Positions 28,112-38,241 of a stretch of 58,114 nucleotides of DNA are shown piece by piece. Position numbers and translations under genes: made by a program. The notes beneath the pieces were generated by a model that had not been told where the DNA came from, made no database searches, and worked only from the letters and a program-made list of their open reading frames with translations. Every line of letters starts with the position of its first letter. Position 1 is the stretch's first letter. The stretch covers positions 1 to 58,114 of the forward strand of contig CAYYME010000001.1 of assembly GCA_964473005.1 (NCBI GenBank). Direction: 5' to 3'. The stretch comes from Candidatus Woesearchaeota archaeon (GTDB taxonomy: Archaea > Nanobdellota > Nanobdellia > Pacearchaeales > GW2011-AR1).

Positions 28112-29323
28112 ATGACAGGAGAATTAGATAAAATATTTGATACATTTGATAGAAAAGGGATATTCAAAGACAAGTCCCTTCTTCAGATTAATTATCAACC
28201 AGAAGAAATTTTGCATCGTGGCGAGCAGATAAAGCAAATTGCGTCCATACTCGCACCAATACTTAGGGGGGAAAAAGCAAGTAATTTATTCTTATATGGA
28301 AAAACAGGAACAGGAAAAACTCTTTCTATTCAATATGTAAGAGAGCAATTGCTGAAACGGGTTAAAGAGTATGATGGTTTTAATATCAAGATAGAATATC
28401 TGAACTGCAAATTAAAAAAGGTTTCAGATACTGAATATAGAATTTTGGCAGAACTGATAAAGAAGTTGGGTGGGGAAGTTCCTGTAACCGGGCTTCCGAC
28501 ACAATCTGTTTATAATATTTTTATTGATTTAATTGATTCTGAAAAGCAATTGGTGGTTTTGATTCTTGATGAAATCGATCAGGCAGTCAAAAAAATTTCA
28601 AGTGACTTTCTTTATAATCTCACCCGACTGAATTCAGAACTTTCAAAAACACAGATATGTCTCGTGGGAATAAGCAATAATCTGACTTTTTTAGACGAGT
28701 TAGACCCTCGTGTAAGGAGCTCTCTTTCAGAAGAAGAGATTGTGTTCCCACCTTATAATGCCTTGCAGTTGCAGGACATTCTAAATAAAAGGTCAAGGGG
28801 GGCGTTTAAAGAAAATATTTTAACTACAGGGGTGGTTGCTAAGTGTGCCGCATTTGCTGCAAGAGAACACGGTGATGCTAGAAGAGCCTTGGATTTGCTT
28901 AGGATTGCAGGGGAACTTGCAGAAAGGGACAATTCCAACAAAATTCTGCTAAAACACATAGATGGGGCAAATAATAAGATAGAAAGAGACAAAATTCTTG
29001 ATGTGGTTAGTTCAGAGCCGAAGCAGTTTCAATTGGTGTTATATTCTATAATTTATTTATTGGAAAAGAATAAAAAAGATTCTATTTTTACCGGCGACGT
29101 TTATAATTTATATGCAGATTTGTGCCTGAAAAATAAGTTAGAAGTTTTGACGCAGAGAAGAGTCAGCGATATAATTCAGGAGTTTGATATGCTCGGCATC
29201 ATAAATGTCAGGATTATTTCGAAGGGAAGGGGAGGGCGAATGCGGGAAATAAAATTGGCAATAACAAATAATATAATTCAGCAAGCAAAGAGGATAATTG
29301 AAGATTCTCTGGATTATAAATAA
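28112..29323 (+). CDS. cdc6: Orc1/Cdc6 replication initiator
   Basis: Walker A GKTGTGKT, Walker B VLILDEID, sensor regions and C-terminal winged helix; 403 aa. Confidence 0.9.
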   Translation: MTGELDKIFDTFDRKGIFKDKSLLQINYQPEEILHRGEQIKQIASILAPILRGEKASNLFLYGKTGTGKTLSIQYVREQLLKRVKEYDGFNIKIEYLNCKLKKVSDTEYRILAELIKKLGGEVPVTGLPTQSVYNIFIDLIDSEKQLVVLILDEIDQAVKKISSDFLYNLTRLNSELSKTQICLVGISNNLTFLDELDPRVRSSLSEEEIVFPPYNALQLQDILNKRSRGAFKENILTTGVVAKCAAFAAREHGDARRALDLLRIAGELAERDNSNKILLKHIDGANNKIERDKILDVVSSEPKQFQLVLYSIIYLLEKNKKDSIFTGDVYNLYADLCLKNKLEVLTQRRVSDIIQEFDMLGIINVRIISKGRGGRMREIKLAITNNIIQQAKRIIEDSLDYK

Positions 29324-29348
29324 AATAATATAAACTTTAGGAAGCAAG

Positions 29349-29837
29349 ATGAATGAAAATTCGCATGATGTTGTAGTTACAGGAATAGTTATAAAAGACG
29401 GAAAATATCTGATCACTCAAAGAGCATTAACAAAAAAGAATTTTCCAGGGAAATGGACTGTTCCCGGCGGAAACCTGGAAATAAAAGATTATCTGGGCAA
29501 AGAAAAAGATACAAGCGTTCATTGGTATAATATTCTGGAAGAAGTTTTAAAGAGAGAAATTAAAGAAGAAACAGGTTTGGAAATAAAGAATATAGGTTAT
29601 ATCACAAGCATGACTTTTATTAAGCCGGACAATTCTCCAAGTTTAATAATAAGCCTCTTTGCAGAGTATGCAGAAGGAGAAATAATCCTGGATAGTGAAT
29701 CAATAGATTACAAATGGGTTAGTCTGGAAGAAGCAAAAGAGTTTGATTTAATTGAAGGAATCTATGAAGAATTAGTCATGCTTGATAATTTATTGAAGGG
29801 AAACAAGATAAGCGAATGGAAAAAAGATTTAAAATGA
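29349..29837 (+). CDS. Nudix hydrolase
   Basis: Nudix box GGNLE...EEVLKREIKEETGLE. Confidence 0.8.
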   Translation: MNENSHDVVVTGIVIKDGKYLITQRALTKKNFPGKWTVPGGNLEIKDYLGKEKDTSVHWYNILEEVLKREIKEETGLEIKNIGYITSMTFIKPDNSPSLIISLFAEYAEGEIILDSESIDYKWVSLEEAKEFDLIEGIYEELVMLDNLLKGNKISEWKKDLK

Positions 29838-29906
29838 GCAGGAATGTTTGCAGTTTTATATAGGGAAAAAATTAAATAATAAATAAAATGGGTTAAACCA
29901 ATCAAA

Positions 29907-31484
29907 ATGGATAAAGAAATATTAAAATTCGGGATGGAAAGAGGATTTCTTTTAGATAAAGATGTCCTGAAATTGCTGGGGGAAGTGGGGGACATAGAAT
30001 CTGTAAAATTAATTTTAGAGAATATAAAAAAATATAGCGAAACAAAAATAATTACACGTGAAATTCTTGTGCATAATGCAGGGAGAGTCAGTAATCTCCT
30101 TTTATCCCTCCCTGAAACAGCAAGACAGAAATTTGAAAAGCTGAAAATTAAATTAGGGCTGGAAATTGAAATCTCGAAAGAGATTGTGGGCACTCCTGCT
30201 GAAATTGGCCCCATCAGGAAAGCAGATAATTTAAATCCTGTAAAAATTCTGTCTGTTCCCCCTTCCCATGCAAAAAAGATAGTGGTATCTGATTTTGTCG
30301 ATTATTTCAGGGGGAGATTTTCAAAGATGAAAAGCATTTTGCAGGAAAATCCAAATCTCCCTAATCTGATTTCAATAGATAAAATTTATGGAAACAGGCA
30401 GGGTATTTCTATAATCGGCATGATTTCCAGTAAAAGAATGACTAAAAATAAAAATCTGCTTTTTGAAATTGAAGATCTGACTGGGAAAATAAGGGTGGTT
30501 GTTAATTCAAACAAGCCGGAAGTTTACAAAAAAGCAGAAAATATCTCTCTTGATTCTGTTTTGGGGTTCAGAGGGTCGGGAAGCAGGGAGATTCTTTTTG
30601 TGAATGATATTATTTTTCCAGATAGTGTGCTTCATGAGAAAAAAAATGCTCCTGCAGAAGAGTATGCATTATTTATAGGGGATTTGCATTTTGGAAGCAA
30701 GCGTTTTTTGAAAAAGGGGTTTTTAAAATTTATTGATTTTCTCAACGGAAAACTTCCAGGAACCTCTGAAGTTGGCAAAATAAAATATCTTTTTATTGTC
30801 GGGGATTTGGTAACTGGAATAGGAAATTATCCTTCTCAGGAAAGAGATTTGGAAATTTTGAATCTTGAAGACCAGTATCTACAGGTTGCTGAATTGCTAA
30901 GGCAGATAAGAAAGGATATTACCATAATTGTTTCTCCAGGAAATCATGACGGAGTTAGGTTAATGGAACCACAGCCCCTCTTGGATGAAAAATATGCCTG
31001 GCCGCTGTATAATTTAAAGAATTTAATATTCACCGGAAATCCGGCAACAGTGAATATCGCCGCAAGAAAAAATTTTCCCGGGTTCAATGTTTTAACTTAT
31101 CACGGATTTAGTTATCAGTTTTATGCAAATAATGTTCCTTATCTTGTCTCAAAAAAAGCTATGAATGTTCCCGAAGAAATTATGAAATATCTCTTGAAAA
31201 ACAGGCATCTTGCCCCTGCCCACACTTCTGTGCAGTATTTTCCCATGGAAGAAGATGCTTTGATGATAAAAATTATCCCTGACATATTTGTTTCAGGGCA
31301 CACCCACAAAAGCGGAGTTTCATATCACAATAATATTCTGGTAATTTCTGCTTCCTGCTGGGAGAGCATGACTCCTTACCAGGAAAAATTCGGAAATGAA
31401 CCTGATCACTGCAAGGTTCCTATGTTAAATTTAAAGACGAGAGAAATTAAAATTTTGGATTTTGAGGGGGAAGATGAAAATTGA
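29907..31484 (+). CDS. dp1: DNA polymerase D small subunit (DP1)
   Basis: OB domain followed by calcineurin-like phosphoesterase motifs GDLHFGS, GDLV, PGNHD, GHTH; 525 aa. Confidence 0.9.
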   Translation: MDKEILKFGMERGFLLDKDVLKLLGEVGDIESVKLILENIKKYSETKIITREILVHNAGRVSNLLLSLPETARQKFEKLKIKLGLEIEISKEIVGTPAEIGPIRKADNLNPVKILSVPPSHAKKIVVSDFVDYFRGRFSKMKSILQENPNLPNLISIDKIYGNRQGISIIGMISSKRMTKNKNLLFEIEDLTGKIRVVVNSNKPEVYKKAENISLDSVLGFRGSGSREILFVNDIIFPDSVLHEKKNAPAEEYALFIGDLHFGSKRFLKKGFLKFIDFLNGKLPGTSEVGKIKYLFIVGDLVTGIGNYPSQERDLEILNLEDQYLQVAELLRQIRKDITIIVSPGNHDGVRLMEPQPLLDEKYAWPLYNLKNLIFTGNPATVNIAARKNFPGFNVLTYHGFSYQFYANNVPYLVSKKAMNVPEEIMKYLLKNRHLAPAHTSVQYFPMEEDALMIKIIPDIFVSGHTHKSGVSYHNNILVISASCWESMTPYQEKFGNEPDHCKVPMLNLKTREIKILDFEGEDEN

Positions 31485-32073
31485 GGTTATTAATATTGAT
31501 ACTGATGATGTTATTGTTGATTTTACAGGTGCATTTATATTATTCAATAATGAAAAATACGGGACAAACCTAAAAAGAGAAGATTTTACTTCATATTCTT
31601 TTGAAAAAGTAACCGGAGGAACAATCGGGGATGAACAAAAAAGGCTTTCTGAATTTTATAAAACAAATTATTTTAAAGAAATAAAACCCTTTCCATATTC
31701 TATTGAAACAATTAACCATTTAAAAAGATTTAATATATTGTATAATACTACTTCCAGGCCCAAAACAATTTCAAAAGAAACTTTAGAATTTTTTACAAAT
31801 TATTATCCTGGCTGTTTTTCTGAAATTTTCTTTTCTTTTAACCACTATACCCAATGGAAAAATTGTGGGAAAACAAAAGCAGAAATCTGCTTGGATATCG
31901 CGGCCTCATTAATGATAGAAGATTCTCTAGAATATGCTCTGCAATGTGCTGAAAAAGGGGTGGAGGTTTTATTGTTAGATGCTCCTTGGAACCAAAATGG
32001 TAAACATAAGAATATCACACGAGTGTATGGATATCCTGATTATTGGAAAGAAATAGGGAGATTGTTACTATGA
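31474..32073 (+). CDS. HAD-superfamily 5'(3')-deoxyribonucleotidase-like (NT5C-type) protein
   Basis: Motif I IDTDDVIVDF near the N-terminus; about 200 aa; start set at ATG 31474 (11-nt overlap with DP1). Confidence 0.6.
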   Translation: MKIEVINIDTDDVIVDFTGAFILFNNEKYGTNLKREDFTSYSFEKVTGGTIGDEQKRLSEFYKTNYFKEIKPFPYSIETINHLKRFNILYNTTSRPKTISKETLEFFTNYYPGCFSEIFFSFNHYTQWKNCGKTKAEICLDIAASLMIEDSLEYALQCAEKGVEVLLLDAPWNQNGKHKNITRVYGYPDYWKEIGRLLL

Positions 32074-32687
32074 GCGAACAAATAAATGAAAAATTAAGAA
32101 AGATGCTTTATTCGAGAATAAACGAGATTGATGATTTGGAAATTAGAAAATTTGTTAAAGAAGTTTTAGATAGTGCTCCCGAAGGTTTTTGGACAACCCC
32201 TTGTAGTGGAACAGGAAGATACCATCCCCCAGAAAACCAGGGCAATGGGGGATTAATACGGCATTTAATTAAGTGCTTAGTGGTCGCTAAAGATTTATGC
32301 AGGTATTTTGGGGTATCTCAAGAAACTAAAGATATTGTTCTTGCGGCTATATTTTTGCATGATATAAAAAAGAATGGGGAACCTTGGAAAGAAAATACAG
32401 ATATGAATCATGGAAAAATGGGGGCAGAGTTTCTAGGTAAATTTGAATTAAAAGAACCTTATAAAACAAAAATTAAAAATTGCGTAAGATATCACCTTTA
32501 CAGATTTACAGGAACAATGGGGGATGTTGAAAGAGCATCAAACCCCACACAAGAAGAAAAGATAACCCAATTGACAGATTTATTTTGTGCTAGAAAATAT
32601 GCTTCATGGTTGCCTGGTTTTGAAGTTCCTCAAGAAGCAATAAATAATTTCTCAAATAAATTTCAGTCAAGTTTAGATTTATATTAA
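32070..32687 (+). CDS. HD-domain phosphohydrolase
   Basis: RHLIKCL...AAIFLHDIKK H...HD pattern; ATGA overlap with the upstream gene; 1-nt gap to DP2. Confidence 0.65.
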   Translation: MSEQINEKLRKMLYSRINEIDDLEIRKFVKEVLDSAPEGFWTTPCSGTGRYHPPENQGNGGLIRHLIKCLVVAKDLCRYFGVSQETKDIVLAAIFLHDIKKNGEPWKENTDMNHGKMGAEFLGKFELKEPYKTKIKNCVRYHLYRFTGTMGDVERASNPTQEEKITQLTDLFCARKYASWLPGFEVPQEAINNFSNKFQSSLDLY

Positions 32688-32688
32688 G

Positions 32689-35600
32689 ATGAACATCCAG
32701 CAATACTTCCTAGATTTGGAAAAAGATGTGAGGCAGATTTATGAACTTGCAGAAAAAGCAAAAGCAAAAGGTCTTGATCCTGTTGATAAGGTTGAAGTTC
32801 CCCTTGCTATGAGCATGGCTGAAAAAGTCGTAAATTTAATCGGAACAGTTTACCCCCAGGCAATTGGTTCTGGAATTACTGAAAGAATTCTTGAACTTGA
32901 AAAAGAATACGGGAAATTGAGTGTCACTCTTGTTTTTAAAATCGCAGAAGAAGTTGCAAAACAGAAATTCTGCAAATTTTCCAGTTTGCTCGACGCTATT
33001 GATGCAGGAATAAGAATCGGTTTCGCATACATCACATTAGGCGTTGTTTCCTCGCCAATAGAGGGGTATACTGGAATTAAAGTGAAGAAAACCAAGGAAG
33101 GAAAAGAATATCTTGAAGCAAATTTTTCAGGTCCAATCAGAAGTGCGGGAACAACAGCATCCTGCATGGTTCTTATACTCATAGATTATCTGAGGGAATT
33201 ATTTGGATATTCAAAATATGACCCGACCGAAGAAGAGATTAAGAGATATGTTACAGAATGCTATGATTATCATGAGCGTATTACTAATCTGCAATATATC
33301 GGAACAGAAGAAGAATTAAAATTTTTGGCTGCAAACATGCCGATTCAGGTTTCAGGGGAGCCAACAGAAAAATTGGAAGTTTCAAATTATAAAAATCTGG
33401 AAAGAATTGAATCAAATTATATTCGTGGCGGAATGTGCCTTGTTTTTTCAGAAGGATTGGCGCAGAAAGCAGCTAAAGGATACCGGTTGCTAAATGAAGC
33501 GAAAGCGAACGGGATAAAATCAACTGGTTTTGATTTTCTTAAAGAGTATTTGCCTTTGCACAAAAAAAGGGACACCGGAAAAACAGACGATTCACCGACG
33601 TATATAAAAGACTTGGTTGCAGGAAGACCTGTTTTTGGGCATCCGGGCATGCAGGGGGGGTTTAGATTCAGATACGGAAGAGGAAGAGTAAATGGTTTTA
33701 GTGCAGCATCAGTGCATCCTGCAACAATGGCGGTAACAGATAACTTCATTGCCACAGGAACCCAGTTAAAAATAGAAAAACCAACAAAAGGATGTGCAAT
33801 TACAGTCTGTGATTCTGTTGAAGGTCCGATTGTTAGATTGTTTAGCGGAAGTGTAAAAAAACTCAGGAGCAGAGAGGAAGCAAAAAAATTATACCCTGAT
33901 ATTGAAGAAGTTCTTTATTTAGGGGATATTCTTGTCCCTTTCAGTGATGTTTTAAACAGAAATTCCAATTTAATAAAAGCAGGATATGTGGAAGAATGGT
34001 GGAAATTAAATTTAGAGGAAAAAAATGCAGAGATTGGATCTAAAACAGACTGCTTTAATATTGGGTTTGAAGCAGCCATTGAACTAAGTAAAAAATATAA
34101 AATTCCCTTTCATCCAAAATTTATTTTTTACTGGACAGGGATTTCCAAAAAAGAATTTCTTGAATTAATAGGCTGGCTGAAGCATGCCCGAATTAATAAA
34201 AAAATTATTTTTCCTTACAACAAAACAGAGCAGGAGCAATTTCAGGCAGGTAAGAGGGCACTGGAATTGATTGGTGTTGAGCATGATGTAATCATAGAGC
34301 ATGTAATTTTAAGTGAAGAAAACAGCAAAGCTTTATTGATGAATCTAGGGATTGATTTTAAAGTTTTGGAAAAAGAAAATTTGCTTAATGATGAAGTTTC
34401 TAAAATAGAAGATAAGATAAATAAATTATTAACATTGGAAAATTCTGGTGAAAATAAGGTTAAAAATGGCGAAGCAGTTTTGTCAATTGTTAATGAACTG
34501 TCTGCCCCCCTTATCATTAAAGACAAAACAGGAGAATTTATTGGGGCGAGAATGGGGCGGCCTGAAAAAGCAAAACTCAGAAAATTAGAGGGGAGCCCGA
34601 ATGTTTTGTTTCCTGTCGGAAGAGAAGGGGGGAGACTGAGAAGTGTTCAGGCAGCATGCGATGCAGGAAAGGTTAGCAGTACCTTTCCGATATATTTTTG
34701 TGCTTCCTGCAGCAAAGAAACAATTTATTCTGTTTGTGAAACCTGCAGGAAAAAATGCAAAAAATTATACTATTTCAACAGCACCCAGGAAAAGTTTTTT
34801 GACAGCACCAGAAATACAGAGGAGGGGGTTAATTATTGTAATCAGATACTGGATATAAATCACTATTTTAAAAATGCAGTTGAATATCTTGGGCTCACAA
34901 AAGAGGAAAATCCTCTTTTGGTAAAAGGAGTTAGGGGGACTTCTTCATCCAATCATGCAACTGAACATTTGGCTAAAGGAATTCTGAGGGCAATGCACAA
35001 TCTGCAGGTAAATAAAGACGGGACAATAAGGTTTGATGCAACTGAACTTCCTTTAACGCATTTCAAACCAAAAGAAATTTTTGTCAGCGTGGAAAAACTC
35101 AGGAGTTTGGGTTATGACAAAGATATTAACGGAGAGGAACTTAGGGGTGAAGACCAGATAGTTGAACTAATGCCCCATGATATTCTGCTTCCAATCCCAT
35201 TTGAATCTACAGATGAAAAAGGGGATGAAGTTTTTGTAAGAATTGCAGATTTTATTGATGATTTGCTGAACAGATTTTACAAATTAGATTCTTTTTACAA
35301 TCTTGCTTCGAGAGAGGATTTAGTTGGGCAACTTGGAGTTTGCATGGCTCCTCATAATTGTGCAGGAGTTATCTGCAGGATTATTGGTTTCTCAAATACA
35401 CAAGGACTAATGGCCTCACCATATATGCATGCAGCAATGAGGAGGGACTGTGATGGGGATGAAGCAGCAGTCATGCTTTTAATGGATGTTCTGCTGAATT
35501 TCTCTAAAGAATTTTTGCCAAGTCACAGGGGCGGAACACAGGATGCTCCCTTGGTTTTAAACGCAAAAATAGATGCAGGAGAAGTTGATGACCAAATTCT

Positions 35601-36201
35601 TGATTTAGAAGTTGGAAAAAAATATCCGCTTGAACTTTATGAATTGGCAGAGCAGAAAAAACATTCCTCTGAAATCAAGGGAATTGAAACAATAAAATCT
35701 ATTCTTAGAAAAGGCAGAAACTGTTTTAATGGGCTTGGTTATACTCATGAAGTTTCTAATTTTAACGACGGAGTTACCTGCTCAACTTACAAACTTCTGG
35801 CAACTATGCAGGAGAAAGTCAGGCACCAGATGGAACTTGTGGAAAAACTTCGTTCTGTAGATACAACAGATACTGCACGGCTGATTATTGAGAGGCATTT
35901 TATGAGGGATTTAAAAGGTAATCTTAGAAATTTTTCAATGCAGGGATTCAGGTGTGTTGCATGCAATGAGATTGTCAGAAGGCCGCCGCTTGCAGGAGTT
36001 TGCCCTGTATGCGGGGGAAAATTAATTTTTACAACTCATGAAGGCGGAATAAAAAAATATCTCGAACTTGCATTTGAACTTGCTGAAAAATATAATACCT
36101 CTTCTTATGTCAAGCAGAATTTAGATCTTACCAAAAGGTATATTGAAAGCATTTTTGGAAAGGAATTAGAGAAGCAAGAAAAGTTAGGGGGGTGGTTTTA
36201 G
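32689..36201 (+). CDS. dp2: DNA polymerase D large subunit (DP2)
   Basis: 1170 aa; conserved N-terminus (YF..LEK.V..IYELAEKAKAKGLDP...VE.PLA), Zn-binding Cys clusters, C-terminal CxxC...CxxC. Confidence 0.9.
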   Translation: MNIQQYFLDLEKDVRQIYELAEKAKAKGLDPVDKVEVPLAMSMAEKVVNLIGTVYPQAIGSGITERILELEKEYGKLSVTLVFKIAEEVAKQKFCKFSSLLDAIDAGIRIGFAYITLGVVSSPIEGYTGIKVKKTKEGKEYLEANFSGPIRSAGTTASCMVLILIDYLRELFGYSKYDPTEEEIKRYVTECYDYHERITNLQYIGTEEELKFLAANMPIQVSGEPTEKLEVSNYKNLERIESNYIRGGMCLVFSEGLAQKAAKGYRLLNEAKANGIKSTGFDFLKEYLPLHKKRDTGKTDDSPTYIKDLVAGRPVFGHPGMQGGFRFRYGRGRVNGFSAASVHPATMAVTDNFIATGTQLKIEKPTKGCAITVCDSVEGPIVRLFSGSVKKLRSREEAKKLYPDIEEVLYLGDILVPFSDVLNRNSNLIKAGYVEEWWKLNLEEKNAEIGSKTDCFNIGFEAAIELSKKYKIPFHPKFIFYWTGISKKEFLELIGWLKHARINKKIIFPYNKTEQEQFQAGKRALELIGVEHDVIIEHVILSEENSKALLMNLGIDFKVLEKENLLNDEVSKIEDKINKLLTLENSGENKVKNGEAVLSIVNELSAPLIIKDKTGEFIGARMGRPEKAKLRKLEGSPNVLFPVGREGGRLRSVQAACDAGKVSSTFPIYFCASCSKETIYSVCETCRKKCKKLYYFNSTQEKFFDSTRNTEEGVNYCNQILDINHYFKNAVEYLGLTKEENPLLVKGVRGTSSSNHATEHLAKGILRAMHNLQVNKDGTIRFDATELPLTHFKPKEIFVSVEKLRSLGYDKDINGEELRGEDQIVELMPHDILLPIPFESTDEKGDEVFVRIADFIDDLLNRFYKLDSFYNLASREDLVGQLGVCMAPHNCAGVICRIIGFSNTQGLMASPYMHAAMRRDCDGDEAAVMLLMDVLLNFSKEFLPSHRGGTQDAPLVLNAKIDAGEVDDQILDLEVGKKYPLELYELAEQKKHSSEIKGIETIKSILRKGRNCFNGLGYTHEVSNFNDGVTCSTYKLLATMQEKVRHQMELVEKLRSVDTTDTARLIIERHFMRDLKGNLRNFSMQGFRCVACNEIVRRPPLAGVCPVCGGKLIFTTHEGGIKKYLELAFELAEKYNTSSYVKQNLDLTKRYIESIFGKELEKQEKLGGWF

Positions 36202-36239
36202 AATTTTTATTTTTGAAAAGTTAGAGGGGGTTTAGAAAT

Positions 36240-36956
36240 TTAATTTGGCTCATAAACATTTTTATTAGTTAGTTCATTTCCTGTAGAGCTAAGGATTATA
36301 TAATTAAAATTAGTGTCTGTAAACTTTAATTGTTTTCCATTAGCAATAAGTACATAGCCATTATAACCATGATAAAAAGCATAAGAACCATCGCTTGATG
36401 AAATGGTGCTTCCAACGAATGTTCCTGCTCCACTATTAGGATAAGTCATTACATGTATCCTTACTTCTTGGTTTGCCAAAGGCGTTGACTTATCTGCCTT
36501 CAAAGCTCTTCCATAAAGAATCTGGTTTGTTAGCCCTATTGGAGTTAATTTATGGTCTGGGGCTATATTTGTTTTTTGTTTTATTACTATGGCTGAAACC
36601 ACATCTTTCTTGTAGTTATAAGATGATTCACTTGCACTTATGTTATAAGCTCCTGCAGGAACATTATCTATAGCATAATCCCCAGACAAAAGGCTTTTTG
36701 TTTTAAAATCTGTTCCGGCTATTATTACATCAGCATTGGGAAAACCAGCATAACTTAATTTATTATTTTCTATAATTGGGACAGTTACTTTTCCAGTAAC
36801 CATTCCTACTGATTTTATATCTATTGTTATATTGCTGGGTGTAGTTATGTCCACTTTGCTGCAATTTTCTAAATAAAGAGAACCAACTAAAGCAGCACCA
36901 ATTAGAACTTTTCTTCCAATGGTTCTTGTTTTTTGGATTATCCTTTCAAGCCCCAT
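36240..36956 (-). CDS. secreted/lipoprotein-like protein with carboxypeptidase-regulatory-like beta-sandwich repeats
   Basis: N-terminal signal + Cys (LYLENC); GDYAIDNVPAGAYNISASESSY motif. Confidence 0.5.
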   Translation of the reverse strand: MGLERIIQKTRTIGRKVLIGAALVGSLYLENCSKVDITTPSNITIDIKSVGMVTGKVTVPIIENNKLSYAGFPNADVIIAGTDFKTKSLLSGDYAIDNVPAGAYNISASESSYNYKKDVVSAIVIKQKTNIAPDHKLTPIGLTNQILYGRALKADKSTPLANQEVRIHVMTYPNSGAGTFVGSTISSSDGSYAFYHGYNGYVLIANGKQLKFTDTNFNYIILSSTGNELTNKNVYEPN

Positions 36957-37009
36957 AAATTTCTTGAGAATTTTAAGTTTAAAAAGATTATTGTGATAGT
37001 AAACTTATC

Positions 37010-38197
37010 TCAAACCAGATAAATCAAAATCGTCGGCAAAAGCAGGCAGCCCATCATGTTAGTTCGTTTGACTCCGAGAGAGATGCAGTAAATTCCAGTG
37101 AATGTTGAAACTGCAAGAACCAGCAATCCAAAAAATCCTGAGACTAAAAAAACAATAACTGCAAGAAAAGAGAGGGTGCCCCAAGAGAGTTTTGTATAAT
37201 TTATTTTTCCGATTTTCTGCGCAAGGAATTTTGCAACCTTTTTTGTAATAAAAAAAGAAGAGACTCCTGAGATTAAAATTACAGAGAGAATTAAAATAAG
37301 AATTTGAGGGGAAAGGGTTCCAATTAGCTCTTTAACTGCCACACTTGCACCAGTTCTTGTTTTTGAAATTGCATAGAGTGCAATAAAAGACAAACCCATA
37401 ACAAGAGTATTTGTTGCGCCAAGAAGAACAAGAAAGCCTTCCCTGGTTGTTTTTGAAATACTGTTTCCTATTATTGCCGCCTGCCCGCTTCCCAAACCAG
37501 GAAGAAAACCGCATAAGGGTGACGCGATAAAGGCAGCAATCAGCGATTTTTTTGAAAATTTTTCTTCTGGTTCTGTTATTTTTTGTTTTGGAATTTTAAT
37601 TTTATCCTTGATGCTGATTAATAGCATGGAGCTTCCGAAGAGTCCTGTCAGAAGAGGAAGCAAAGGTTCTTTGAAATTTATATTCAGAACAATTAGTCCA
37701 AGAATTCCTGTAAGAAGAAAAACAATAAGAGCATTTTTAATTTTTCTCTCTGTAGACATCATAAAAAAAGAAACAAGAAGCAATAAACCCGGAATTAAAA
37801 TTTTTATAAAATTATAAACTTTTGAGAGTGCGAAAATAGAAGGATAAACAAGAATAAGCAGCATGAAAATTGCAGCCAGCCCTCCATAAGCAGTCAGGCA
37901 CACCGCTTCATACCCCCTACCGTCTCTGAGCAATTCATGTCCTGGAAGAATTGAAAGTTCTGTTTCTGTATCAGGGCATCCAAGGAAAACAGAGGGAATA
38001 AAGTCAATGAAAGTATGGGAAATTGCCATTGCACAAATAAAAACAACAAAATAAACCGGATTCAGAAAACTGAGAAGAGAGGCAGAGAGAGCAACCAGAA
38101 AAACTCCAACGAGATTTATGTGAATTCCGGGAATCAAGCCTGTAATAATTCCTGCAAGAAGTCCGAGAAAAAGGAACAGGAAGATTTCAGCCAGCAT
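37010..38197 (-). CDS. TctA/DUF112-family integral membrane protein
   Basis: Polytopic; repeated G..PG.G motifs (GLIPGIHIN; GFLPGLGSGQAAI). Confidence 0.55.
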   Translation of the reverse strand: MLAEIFLFLFLGLLAGIITGLIPGIHINLVGVFLVALSASLLSFLNPVYFVVFICAMAISHTFIDFIPSVFLGCPDTETELSILPGHELLRDGRGYEAVCLTAYGGLAAIFMLLILVYPSIFALSKVYNFIKILIPGLLLLVSFFMMSTERKIKNALIVFLLTGILGLIVLNINFKEPLLPLLTGLFGSSMLLISIKDKIKIPKQKITEPEEKFSKKSLIAAFIASPLCGFLPGLGSGQAAIIGNSISKTTREGFLVLLGATNTLVMGLSFIALYAISKTRTGASVAVKELIGTLSPQILILILSVILISGVSSFFITKKVAKFLAQKIGKINYTKLSWGTLSFLAVIVFLVSGFFGLLVLAVSTFTGIYCISLGVKRTNMMGCLLLPTILIYLV

Positions 38198-38241
38198 AAA
38201 CTCAATACTTTTATAAATTATATATTATTTATTGTGATGAA

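Noticed and set aside
29762-30214. 150-aa minus-strand ORF
   Set aside because: It is antisense to the end of the Nudix gene and the start of DP1, with no motif, so it is a shadow ORF. The same reasoning applies to the other antisense track ORFs: 582-779, 727-957, 1339-1647, 10987-11406, 33417-33755, 38536-38943, 44305-44879, 48832-49170 and 53211-53600.
32689-36201. Intein in PolD large subunit
   Set aside because: The length (1170 aa) is within the normal intein-free range. No C...HN/S-T-C splice-junction block or homing-endonuclease motif interrupts the conserved regions.
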